This document shows positions 25,759 through 38,700 of a stretch of 64,000 nt of DNA, piece by piece. Position numbers and translations under genes: made by a program. The notes under the pieces were generated by a model. The model ran no database searches and had not been told where the DNA came from. It worked only from the letters and a program-made list of their open reading frames with translations. This DNA comes from Balanoglossus misakiensis (lineage: Eukaryota; Animalia; Hemichordata): NCBI GenBank assembly GCA_040954595.2, contig CM082585.2, positions 6,907,808-6,971,807 on the forward strand, given 5' to 3'. How positions within the stretch are numbered: position 1 is the first letter of the stretch; the number at the start of each line of letters is the position of its first letter.

Positions 25759-28489
25759 GCTTTGGCAGGCTGCACCCAGGGAGATAGATCAGTATCTTAA
25801 TGCATCACCATGGCAACAGTGATGCGGGGATGAGCGTGATGCCGATTGTGATATTTCTCCACTGGATTAAACCAATGGTGATACATTCCCGCCTGTAATC
25901 CTTTGAGTGAGTCTTGAGATTATTCAGATGCAAGACAGCTGTTGGTTCCCTGTTGTCTTTACTGCCTCGTTCCTTTTAGTTTTTACACTTCCATGATTTT
26001 TATTCAAGATGAAATCTATAATCGTCCCTGCAACAAGCGGATATACATTCAGATGCCCCACGGCAAACCACTGAGTTCCATTTCAGAGAAAAGCAAGGCG
26101 CAAGTCTGTGGTTGGTCCAGGGCACAACTGCGACCAAGAGTTTGGGAGATGTTTTTCATAGACTTGCAGTTGCCATGGAAACTGCTTGTATAGTTTCACA
26201 GGGTTGGTTTGTAATGTGAACCTGGAGGGTAAAAGAAAAACAGTGATTTCAGTATGTTGCTCTAAAATAAGCCGGATATGAATCCACGAAAGGACGTATT
26301 AACTTGTAAGAAAGTACACGGTAACCTTACCGACCATTAATTTGTAAACACACATCCATGTACTTTTAAATTATGTATATATGGACCTAAAGCGACATTT
26401 TTATCATTTCCGACTATTCAGCATGCTGTAATTTCTCTGTAATCACACAAGTGTTATCTAAATCCGTTCTACAACAAGACAGTCAGTGTAGTAGCTAATG
26501 AAGTAAATCATAATTGACGAGTCAGCATTTCGCCGTCAATTATTCAAAGCACTGTTGCAGAAAACATGGAAAGTACATGTGACTCCAAATTGAGGAAGGG
26601 CATTTGCACGATGTCGCACTTTTAACGCCATTGAATTTGCTTCCCTTGAACCAGCCAGCTGCACTTAGGCAGAATTTTGAGAAAATGACAAATAAAAAAA
26701 GTAGAATATTTTTTTAGCAATTTTCCCCCTGTGCAGAATTTCCCCACGGGATCACTTAGATGTGGCTGTGGTTTTATCACAACCGCCGTAAATGTGAATT
26801 TTCGTTTGACTCAAGTGGCTCATTGGACACACAGATTCATCATTCTTGAATCGGCCAACTGGGGTTACTCTTTATCTCTTGCCTTCTCAAAAAAATTATC
26901 CCGACTCTGTAGTTGTCTGTGAATGTCTTGATATAAGCTCTTTCATTTAAAAGACATTGTTGTCACTCCACACATTGGCTGGTTCACAAGAAAAGAGCGA
27001 TCTTCAAGTAATTGTCGATTCGTGATTGCATTTCGTCAAATAATCTGCCTCTAATCGTACGAAGAGTGCTGTTCCAGTCTCAATTACTTCTTGTTTTCCT
27101 CCATTCTTGATATTTTTCTCTCCAGCTACACAGATAGTGTAGCTGTCACAGATACCACCGTTTCTGACGTGAAAACAGAGACCAGAGATCGACACAGTCA
27201 GCTATCTGATCGTCTCCCGCTTTCCCCTGATTAAGGTTAAAAGCTGTTTTGAATGAGTAGATTACATGCACGATTTACAGCGGAAGTTACTCAGTACAAA
27301 CCCAGACCTGTGTCCAAAAATACCATTCATGAATCATCGGTCTTGTAATGCTCAATGACCCCCAAGTCTCATTTACTGTAAACGAGCATCGTGTAATTGG
27401 TTTGAAAAAGACTGCTGATATTAAAACCGTCATGATGTCAGCTCTTTATTGATAATAGCATTTAAAAGAGTCAATAGCATGTAAATGTAGTACCCAGTCT
27501 TTTGCTTCAGAATCTTTTCCTGTTTCCTGCTGAGCCACATATTCCCAATTGTCTAATTTCAGTTGAAAAACAATTTTATAAACAACAGTGTAAGTTAAAA
27601 TGTCTGAATTTTGGAATTGGTCTTCTTTGCCATTCACTTTCAAAAGTAGCTGGATCCAGAATTTCTGGACGATATGCCCCTGAGGGCGTCCTACAATGTG
27701 CAGAATTTCGGTAGCTTCACTTGTAGCAACAGACAGTTTTAATACAACTAGTTAGGATTTCAAAAATTACAGTTAATATAGCTTTCTTTGTCAAGCGTCT
27801 TGACAAAAGCAAAATGTCCTTTGTACAAAATTTGGGGGTTATAAAAATGAGGATCCTGCTGAATTGAGTCACTTGGATGACGATCAACCATTCACCTTGG
27901 GAAAAAAAACTCCAGGTGATCATAATCTTCTTCCTGCCATTGTAGTCAATGAACTAGAATCTCCAATGCCTCTTCGCTGATTAACAACATCAAGACAAAA
28001 CCTTGATGTAGTTCTCCACGCCCGTTTGAAATTCAGTCAGGCGTAGCACGAACAGAAACTCATCACGCAATGATAATATCCTCGCAATCATCTCTGCCAG
28101 GCAGGGGGTTTCATACCCAGTTCGCCCTGTAATATCTTTTCCCCCGCACAGTAGACAGACTCTCCTTTCATCAGCCCAACAGGAGGAAGCTGGTGTCATA
28201 CAGCTTCTCATTTCCACAGGATTTCTCTCTCCCTGTTGGACATTATTGAATCCCTTCCACGGCTGCATCATCATCGTCTTGATGATTTTGCGAGAGGATT
28301 AAAAAAACACCCAGCTGCTGCCAACAGATGACAATGTTTTGTCATTGCTGGGAGCACCACCAGGATTTTCCATTTCTTTCTCAGTAGCTGTGTCAGAATC
28401 GAGAGACAGCCATTCTCACATTCTCGGTTTTCATCAGGTAAAGTTTATGTACCTGGGTATATACCAACAATACATGTACCGGGGGTATA

Positions 28490-28682
28490 CCGTAAAACAC
28501 TTTATTTTCGCGAGTTGAAATTTTCGCGATATCGAGAGAGGCCACTGTTTCACGAGTATTAATTTTCGCGTTCTCTTATTTCATTCACTGCATCGTTATC
28601 TTCAAAAACAATTTACGCGACTTTTTATTTTCACACTATTTTGGCTCTAATTTATTGCTTGCAAAAATAAAGTGTTTTACAG
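28490..28682. mobile_element. Tc1/mariner-type MITE (193 bp, TA target duplication), related to 3812-3946
   Basis: TA|CCGTAAAACACTTTATTTT ... AAAATAAAGTGTTTTACAG|TA terminal inverted repeats; internal TTTTCGCG repeats. Confidence 0.8.
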
Positions 28683-29703
28683 TATCACTACTTTAAAAGC
28701 ATGCAGTCATTGGAATCTTTGGAATGGTGTCCTTTGGTAGACATAAACAGGCCACTTACTCATGATTCTGGCAAGTTTCTGTAATACAGAACAGGAGCCA
28801 GGATTCTTAAAATAGTCATCTGCAGAAAGATGCACTTAAGTCAGGATATAAAAAAGTGTGGTTCCTTTTTTACCATGACACCATATATGGTGCATGAGAC
28901 ATCGACCGTACATGTATCTACGGTATCTTTTCTCTTCAAAATAGCTCAATTAGGCCAGCTGAACTAGTTCTATCATCTGGTTTACGACAGTAAAGGGTGT
29001 AAAAATTGATTTGTCATATTTTTTGTTATCCCTATCAAATCATCTTCCCATCAGTAATCCCAGGAAAAAAATAAACCAGTAAATGTTATAGATTGAGGTC
29101 AGTGACCTCTATAATGCTATGTATCTGAATCATCTATATACACTGTGGGATTACTTGAAACATGACATTTTGAACAGCGTTGACGGCCCTGTACACATGT
29201 CTATAACTCGTAAATGAAACAGCTAGCTTTTAATCCCTCCTGGTTTTTTTCTGACGTACCTTGATAAAATAAGATATTTATTAAATCTGCTTCGCTGTTC
29301 TGGGAAATTGGAAATTTGATGAGGAATACTCGGGGCTATTCTGAACAACAGGAAGAGGAAGAAAGTTCTTGGGTGTTAATATTTCAAAAGCTTCTCGGTG
29401 TTGTTTGAGGGTTGAGAACCGTTTCAGTTCTATCAGGGAAGAGTTCATGGGTAATGCAATTAGTCCTGACCTGTCTCGAATGTTAATCATTGCAAAAGCC
29501 CAGTTAAGTTCTATTTGCCTCTTGGTTCAGGTCTTTTAAGAATCACTGTTCTGGACATCTTAGCTGACCCCACCCGACTGTTGAGGGATACATACATGTA
29601 CTTCCTGGGGACACTAAAGTGTTTCTTGTCAATTTGACCTAACTAAGCCCTTACAACCACCTGTTAATGAGTCCCCATGTTCCTGTCCCTCAATGGTAGC
29701 CGT

Positions 29704-29768
29704 AGAGGTCCAACCTTATCATAGAAAACAATGGGTTTGGGACTGAACTGTGGTGGTGAAAGGGATAA
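29704..29768. mobile_element. piggyBac-like MITE, partial copy
   Basis: AGAGGTCCAACCTTATCATAGAAAACAATGGGTTTGGGACTGAACTGTGGTGGTGAAAGGGATAA, near-identical to 18656-18719. A more degraded relic lies near 56832-56872. Confidence 0.65.
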
Positions 29769-32700
29769 ATTCCAAGACCATACTATGTCAATTCAGAGGA
29801 TTTCTGTACAAGACACATACATGAGGTGTTATTGGCATTCCACAAGCAGTAATTTATTTCCTGAAGTTAGCATATATGACATGTTTTCTGCACACACGTA
29901 CTAGCATTATACGAGCTCATGCGGAAAGAATGAGAACCCTTCCAACGATGCCATATATTTCGGTATTATAAACCAGATAGTGTGTATTGCTGCAATGGTG
30001 ATGTATTAAGCCAGTGTTCTCGGGTTGGCCTCTGACATTCTCTAATGGCTGAGAGCTGTTCACCACGAAGGGTTAGTTTTGATGAAACGAAGCGAGGGAG
30101 TTGGTATGCAGCTGGTGATTGATCATTTGATAAGGTGGTGGGTGGGTATGGCACGAGTTTGAGTAAGTGGGGTGGACGTACATCTCGAGGGTATGTGATG
30201 GTGAATTTGTTCTGCTCTTTTGTAACGCAATTCAAAGTAAAAGAGTGAGAATATTTTAGTGTCGGTTTCTTTTGTTAATCAGTTAGGAAACGACTTATAC
30301 AACTTAAAGTCAAAGAAAGAAATAAGACGATTTCTTTAAATTTCAGGCGTATCTTTTATGTCTTTCTCAGTGGCAAAAGTTCAAGTAAGCACCATCCTGT
30401 GAAATAGATGTAGTTTAGACATTGAACATTAATCTGAACTAATAACTCAGTAAATGCTGGACACAATTAAAGAGAGAATATAAAACATGGTATGGCTATC
30501 AGCCAATAACCCAGGTACACTTAGAAAAACCTTTGATTGATGGCTTGGACAAATGAACAAATAAGTCTATGTGTACTAAACCAATTTTTGATCAACTGTG
30601 GAATTCTGTGTACCAGAAACTCTGCTTGCAATTCTACCTGTAGACTACTTAGGTCTTAAATCTTTCACTTTTCATTGCAAATCCACCACATTCCACTTTG
30701 CCATTCAGCAAAGCACAATAGTGTCGATATTTTACTTTGTAGCTGGCAGATTACCGACAGCTTCATTAGATTGGATGACAGCGGAGACGGATTATCCCAA
30801 TAAGCTTCTTAAGACTCGTCCTAGAATTCTCAAGTAGAATAGTGTTTATATTCTTAATATAAGATTTTCACTTGTGTGACTGCACGCGGGCTGGACACAC
30901 ACAGTACTTCCAATGACACTGTATAGCTACATACAAAGCCACACTGTTTGTCAAAGTGCATGCACGTCTTGGGTACTTCAATTCTGGATGCAAGTGTGTG
31001 CATCATGAGACCAGCAAAGATGTGTACAAAAATTAACATTCTACACAAATTATATAGTTACTGGTATACGAACAAATGTTGAAACTCACTGTTTGGGATT
31101 GTACATCTGGTATTTACCTGTGTAAATATGCATAAACAAGTACAATGATATTTTGAATTACCGGTAAATGGACATATTAATAAACAAAAGCATTTTAAGA
31201 GAACAACCTTCCCTACAATGATTATACACATGTATATCTGGCTTTCCATATATTGTTATTCTTTAATTAAATTTTTTTTCCAGCAGTTGGGTTTTCATTT
31301 CTTTTCCCATTATAATAGGTTTCTAGTGTAATCCTTATGTAGTTGCTTTTTATTGAGTAATGAACCTGTGACAGACACACTTCAGTATGTAAGCCACCCC
31401 CGCCCCCAAAGCCTTGTCCTTGAGTACTGCTCAAAAATCCCCCATAATATGCAACTAAATGCCCAGGTTTTTTGTTGTTGAACTCAGCTCAGCATTTGGA
31501 GGAAGTCACTAATCACGAATCAAAAGTTTGACCCTTGCCGGATTAAGTGTGACCTCCATATTCCAATCAATTCTGTGCTCTGGAGCATAAGGAATAAGCC
31601 TTACAGAATCTGTCACTTTGAAATTTGCATCAGAGAAAAAAAAATCATACTGAGCTCTTTCTGCATTCTGAATATAAATTTTCCATTTCAGCGAAAATTT
31701 TCCTTGGTCTTCCGCACACCGCCCTGTACTGTCCTGAGAGAATGACTAGCATAGACCATTAACATCTCATGAAGCATGCACTGTCAAAAGTCTGTATTAA
31801 TGATCACCTGACCAAGAGAGTGGTACGCACACACACTCCTGCAGTACAGTTTCATAGTCAGATGTCCCCAATTTGTGCAGGACCATGCAAATATTAAAAA
31901 TTGATTTGAATAACTAGAAAATGACTAAAGGTTATTTAGTTAAAAGACATACAACCTGGATCTGGTTCCATTTTAATGGAGTGTTCTAGCCTGCAGTTAT
32001 GCTCAAGTTAGAAACGTACATGCAGATACAATTAACCCAATTGAGAGACTTACCCGTACATATGATATATAATTTAGGGGCCTAGTGTGTGGTAAACTTA
32101 CTCAGCTCAGCAAAAATTCTTTCTAATATTGAACTTGAAGATCATTCTGAAAATGGTTTGTGAAATTTTGAGGAGATAATGATACAAGGAATTCATCATC
32201 TCCATATCAGCAATAGTTCTTATGAAACATAAAAGCACCTGATACAGAGTATAAAAGTATCAGATTCTGGCAGCAACACATTTGCATGCCTGGATTTGCT
32301 CGCTGAGATCAGTATGGGGGAAGCTTCGAATTGAAATTCACCGTTTCTGAAACCTGTAATCCCCACCAAATCCTACACAGAAATTGGTCATTAACATTGT
32401 CAAATTCAGGTGGAGATATCAGCACGTCTTTTTACCCTCTGGGGTTTTTTTTTCCTTCTCTCTGAAATGCACATCACTATACACCAAGCCCAAATGATTG
32501 TTGAAATTTGAAACATGCCTCAGCTTTTAATGGATAACCTAGACTGAGACCGTCTCTCGGGAAAGAATTATGTTTTTTGGCAGATAGTATTTAATTAAAT
32601 GCGATATTTTATACGCCCACTGACTTGCGTTTGAGTTACACTGACAGTGTCTGTTTTAACCTCCAGGGAAATCCCATCGATATTTTTCCTTCCCTGGTAA

Positions 32701-35700
32701 TTTCTTGCCTTTTTGTCATTCGATATTGAGTCGATAACTTGACAATATGCAATTTGTCAGTGGATAAAGTGTCAGATGCATGTACATTTATGTACGTCCT
32801 AAGTCGAATGTGTGGTTGATAAGCAATCTCCAGTTCTATTGTATGGCAAACCTTTAACAGGTAATGCTTAGAAGCCATGCCCGTAATATCATGCTATAAC
32901 TAAGTACCTGCAATATACGTGTATGGTTGATGGAGTCAAGGGAATCACAGTGTCCCAATTCAAGTTTGGCATGAGATGGAAAATTGGGTAAAGCATGGAT
33001 AAAGACAACCGTTCCTTGGTTTTAAAAAAAATACGCCAAGCACAGAACCATTTTGTGCCGGGGCCAATTCAGCCGCCGCAAATTAAATTTGAAATGCCAG
33101 AGAAGCAAACGTCAATAGTTCTGAGAGGCTGTGTCAGTTCATAGCAAGAGTGTACAATGCAAGTCCTTGTCAAAATTAAGTTACCGTTTTGCGTCACTGC
33201 CAAATTACCATGGCAACTGCTGACACATCATCCCCAGTTTCCAACATAAACACTGTTGTTAGTTATATACGTTGTATTACCTCGTTTTGTCGTTATACTT
33301 CATTATTGAATACACGCAGTTCATTTTCCTCTCCTGTAAAATGCACGGTATGTATTGTAAAGTTGACTATTATATTGTACACAATAAACTATTACTACTT
33401 TTATGTCCAGTTCCTGGTGTGCAAGCGAGGCTGCACACGCAATAACTCACCTGACCTCGGGGCAAATGCTCACCCCGTCACGAAACTTGCTGTTTTATCG
33501 CTTACTGCTCCACAGCTACACTCTGGAGTTATAAACCACCGATTTTGTCGTCATTCCTTTCAAGTTGGAAACAATTTCTGCTGCTGCTGCTGAATTCAGT
33601 TCAGCCGTATGCATTATTGATTCTGTTGGCGGTTGCCATTTGTAATTTCACGGTCGTAAAAAAACTCTGGGGAATTGCCAAAATTGCAACTCAAAGTGAA
33701 ATTATTCTTTTGCTGCTGGTGCATAACGGTTACCGAGGCAAAGGCCATTACCTTTTTATTTTTTTGATAAATTCGAAACGTGAGCTCCATTTTCTGTGCT
33801 GTAATGTTCATGCATGACGTGATAATGCCTAGGCTTTTCCTCAATGTGTTGCCGATAGCATTTCCTGTGATGTGCCAATATTAATTGTGTGCTAACTTAT
33901 GAAGTCAGCAATGTTATAAGGATAATATGAGAAATAACAATAATAATAATATGTAATTAGTGGCTGCCTCTGTGGAACTCTACTTATATAATAATTGTAC
34001 AGGAAAACACGTCTTGCATACAAATACACCTGAAACACTCGAACAGTATAAATGCTTGAAAACTAGTGGGCTAATGGGAAGGAACAGAATGCGACACACT
34101 CATGGGTTGGCGGAAACTTGGCAAAATCTTTAATATGCCGATGAAAAAGAGTTTGACAAAACCAGCTCCAACCACTTATAAACCATGTGAATAAAGGTAA
34201 ATAAAATAAAAATAACAAACATACAAGGAAAAGCCATGGGTAGTGGTGGGTGGGGTTTTAAGCGAGCGACTGCTCGGAAAAAGTGACTCTACAAGATGGC
34301 GGAAGCCCTACAAAAGTAGCAATTCTCTCCGGAAGGCGGGAAGACGCACTACACAGAGGGCGCCCCAAATTACACCCAAGGGGTTGGGCCCAAATTGAAG
34401 AACAAGAAGGAGAAGATAGATTTATAATGCATCTAACTTCCTAGTTATTGTGAAATTGACTACTCTGTCATCACTGCCTACACCTCAATTTCAGTGTATC
34501 CTTTACTTGCTAAAACCCTGTCATAACTGCAAAGTGAAGATTGCATCAGCTTTGACATTCCTAAATGATTTGCCATAATAGCAGTTGTCTTCTATAATAT
34601 GACAGGTTTGGCTGTATTTGATCGAAAGCTAGATTTCTATCTTCATCTCTGTTCTATCATTGGAAGGTCAAACGGGTTAAACCATGTTGCCATGGTGATA
34701 CTGTAATCAAGAGATCAGGGGATCTTATTCGCTGGCATCACAGTTGACCATCAAAACAAACCGAAAGAAAAGTTACCTAACGGTAGAAGATATACAATAT
34801 ACCCTGGTACATGTATTCCAAATTTTGAGTAGTCCACAACCTTAAGCAAACAAGAAGATAGTACCCACTTATTTCATGTTTCAACAAATTTGACCTTTTC
34901 CAAGACAACAAGAAAACTACATGCATGTTTCATTAATTCTGACAAATATTCTAGAGTCTTCGTCCCACATACATGCATGTACTTCAGAAGTTGTACATGT
35001 TCTGAAGTAAGTGAGCTCAGAACCTTCATGGTAGCTAGGAAGATTTCATACAGGCATGTATCACACAATGCATGGCTGTATATATGCCGATCATTGATTG
35101 GGAATTAAATTGACAAATACATGCGGACATCGGCATTTTCACACAATGTATCCACGTGCAGTCGCCCAAGAATAGTTCCAATTGTATGAAATATCGTCTT
35201 TAACGGGAGCTGGTGTTGGTATGTGGGCTATTTCCAGAAGCAATATTCCAGGAGGTGATGGAACATTGTCAGGCAATGAAAAATGATTGAAAAACTCTCT
35301 GATTCACTGGGATGTGTTATTATATGTGATAGTATAATTTAGTAGTTTCTTCAGTGTGGGCGGTGTATGTGTGCCTCGGTCGATCCCCCAGAGTTCATAG
35401 TTACATGTATTCTGAGAAGCCAGTGCGTGGGTTGCCTCTTTGCCATGGCAACCTAAAGGTATCATTGAGGGAACATTGTAATTACATAAAACTAGTTTTG
35501 GAAAGCTGTTCCAATCTGTAAAAGTGTTATTGTTCAGGGAAGATCTATTTTACATAAAGAGCTGTGTACATCTATATTAATAACCAGGGTGTGTATGCAC
35601 ATATAGGATCAGATAATGTAATTGTCATTCATGTATTCTTCATCTGAGTCTACATGTATTATATTTCCTGCAGATCAAACAGTGTGTTTTATTTCGGCAT

Positions 35701-38700
35701 GTAGCTATTTGCACGACATGTGGTTATTATGAAAGACTGGATGTTCACTCGCGCATTTCATAGTCACTATCTACCGGTATACTCGCGTGCAAGCTATTTT
35801 GATATATAGGGCAACACACCAGTGTTACTTTGTTTCATTTCTCCCAGCATCTTCGGATGCCTTGTGAACAGGCTCTGCATGTACACAAGTTGAAAACTTT
35901 TTGGGGCAAGAAATTGGATCACAGACAGAGGATCGGGATACAAATTGAATCTCTGTCTAATTAGGTATGCGTACCTTGTTCCCAGACTGCGAACTTACCA
36001 CGTCAGTGGCAATGGAGCTCGATATACCGTCTCCCTCAAGAGGATCAAGGTGATGTTAGGAGTCACAGGGTCAAGGTGTCATGAGTAAAAAGCATACAAT
36101 TGCAGATGACTGTACTATACAGTCACCAGAGTAACAGTCGCATCTCCCTATATTCACACATACATGCTGGCGGCCATTTTGAATATTTTCTCAACTTTGG
36201 AATGTCCAAGTATTGAAATGTCTAAGTTTCTGACTACAAGATTTTTTTGCTGGAAGTATGAATTGTGATAGGCTGCCTGAATCTGAAAGAGGATACTTGA
36301 AAATACAGTTTTTGTGATTAACTTGAAAAGTAAAATTACAAAGAAACTAATTGTTTCAATAGTTAAACTTAAATCGGATAGTACAGAATCATCCTGTACT
36401 TTGAAAATGAGCAATTTATATTGCTTCCTCAACGTTTGTGGATGACTTTCTCATCTCTCATTACTAAAATATTCTTGACTATGACTAAGAAACTGTCGAA
36501 AGTTTTGGAACATTAGAATTCTTGATGTATAAATTCCTCTAATGGCTGTTTTTTGAACATTAGTTTACTGCAATCAGCAAACTTCCCCTGAAAAGATCTG
36601 AGCATGGAATATTGATTTAGCTAACTTTCCTAGAAATCAGCTGCTATATCTATTGCTTATGGCAACTTCAAGGTTTTGGGTCAATCGGTGCACAGCTGTA
36701 CTGAACATCCACCCAGGTTTCATTAAACCATGCAATTTATACGCGGTGCATAAACCGGCGTCGAAAGCACGGATTGCATCAAGCGACTTCAAGGTCTAAC
36801 TTTCAAGTCGTCGTGTTCCATCATGCTGCGAGGGATTGAAATTTGTAAAATTAAACCTCCAAGCTGATTGAGAGTAAACTTTGTTTACTATACTCATCCT
36901 GCCCATCTAGCTGTATTGATGTCTGATACATTTTACTGCATTATTGTGCACTGAGTAACGGAAACATGGAAATTACACAGACACAGACTGTAATTTCAGT
37001 CTCAGATATCCAAATTCTGCGTTTCAACAAATCCAAGGCTGCAGAAAACAGTTCCATCTGGAAAATTCAAGTAAGCATGCACACATGTTTTTGAAATGTT
37101 TTTCGCACAAGAAATATCTCCCAGCTCCCGGAAATCAATTCCTGTAAACAGGTACACCTCCAGGAATTGCATTCAGGCATAGGGTAAATTGATCTCCGCT
37201 GAAGGTTACCGCATCGAAATTGAAAAAGAAAATCGAAGAATTCTGACATAACTGAACAACCTTTAAGAGTCACAGAGCAGTAGCGTTGATCCAAGGTCGA
37301 TAGTTCTTGATGGCTGTGTGACTTAACGATCATATTCAAACGATACGGCACACTGTAGCTCTTGTGTATCCTAGTTGATTACCCATAAAAGGCCACACAA
37401 AGTCACTGATTGATACGCTTCCAGACTTCTTTCCCTAGACAGTATATCAACTGTCAAAATTTGAAGGAAAGAATTTTACAATGTTTATTCCCGGTTTATC
37501 TGTAAAGCATGCTTAAGTTGGCAACCTATTAGCTGTACATTCCAAAGAATTCTTGATTGTCTGAAAAATATACTGTACGATAGCTTGGCAAAAAATAACA
37601 TCGAAAGTGACTTTCTGTTTAAACACTATGAATCATGCATTGTTTTCCCATCTCAAACAGAATAATTGGAATTTTGATGGTGTTTTCCTTGAAAATTTTA
37701 TCATCCTCATTATAATGGATGTCTTTTAAGACTTAAAGAGTAAGTGTCATCGGAGTAATTATAAACATGGCTGCAGCTTAAAGTCAACAGTGGAAATGCA
37801 GACCTTGAAAACGGCTATTAAGGAACAAACAAGACCTAAACACAGTTCAATTTGTAGCCATGGAAACAGCGCATAATTGCGGGGAAAATAGAACCGACCC
37901 CAAGTTCAACCTTCAACCGGGGTTGAATTTGATACCTGTCACGAGCAAAGCAAATGGTCACCGAGGAAACGAGTCAGCGAACTTGAAGTTGTTGAAAGTC
38001 TAGAGGTGAAAGCGGTCAAATTACAGAAGTGTTGAAAAAGCATCAAGTATCAAATGTTGTAAACAAATGCTGTAATTGTCACTGGTTTAGTTGAACTTTC
38101 ATCGGTCACGTTATTTTAAGAAATTTGACAGCGTCAGGTCAATCAACCCTCCCCGCTAATTTCTCCCCTTAATTATTACCTAATTATTAAAGCTGGAATT
38201 ATTTTCATTTGATTGTTTTTATTAAACCAATTAATCTGAAATTTCTGACTTGAAGTTAAAAGGTATATTTTACACCACTGGAAAAATCTGTCACCATGGT
38301 TACTGGCGTTTGCTTTAAAGTAATACAGCTTTCATTGCTTCAATTCCTTGCAATTCAACTCAATAAATTAAATATGTAAATCTGCTACAATAAAAGTTGG
38401 TATAGTAAAAAAAATTACCTTATAAGCTGCCTATTAAGCCAACTGTAATGTTCACCAATTTTATTGGTAAAAGTAGCCTCCATTAATTTAGGGATATATA
38501 TCGAAATTAATACCCCTATTATTCTATTAAGATTGATTTTTTTCAGAAATTATTGTTAATTGTCTGGATTCTTATGGCGATTGCTAGGCAATGTTATAAG
38601 CATAAATGACATCTTGTCTGGTCATAAACTGTATATTCAACCACTCAACATAAAATGAATTTGTGGTATAGTATAAAAATTGATAAAAACTGGCAAAAAA

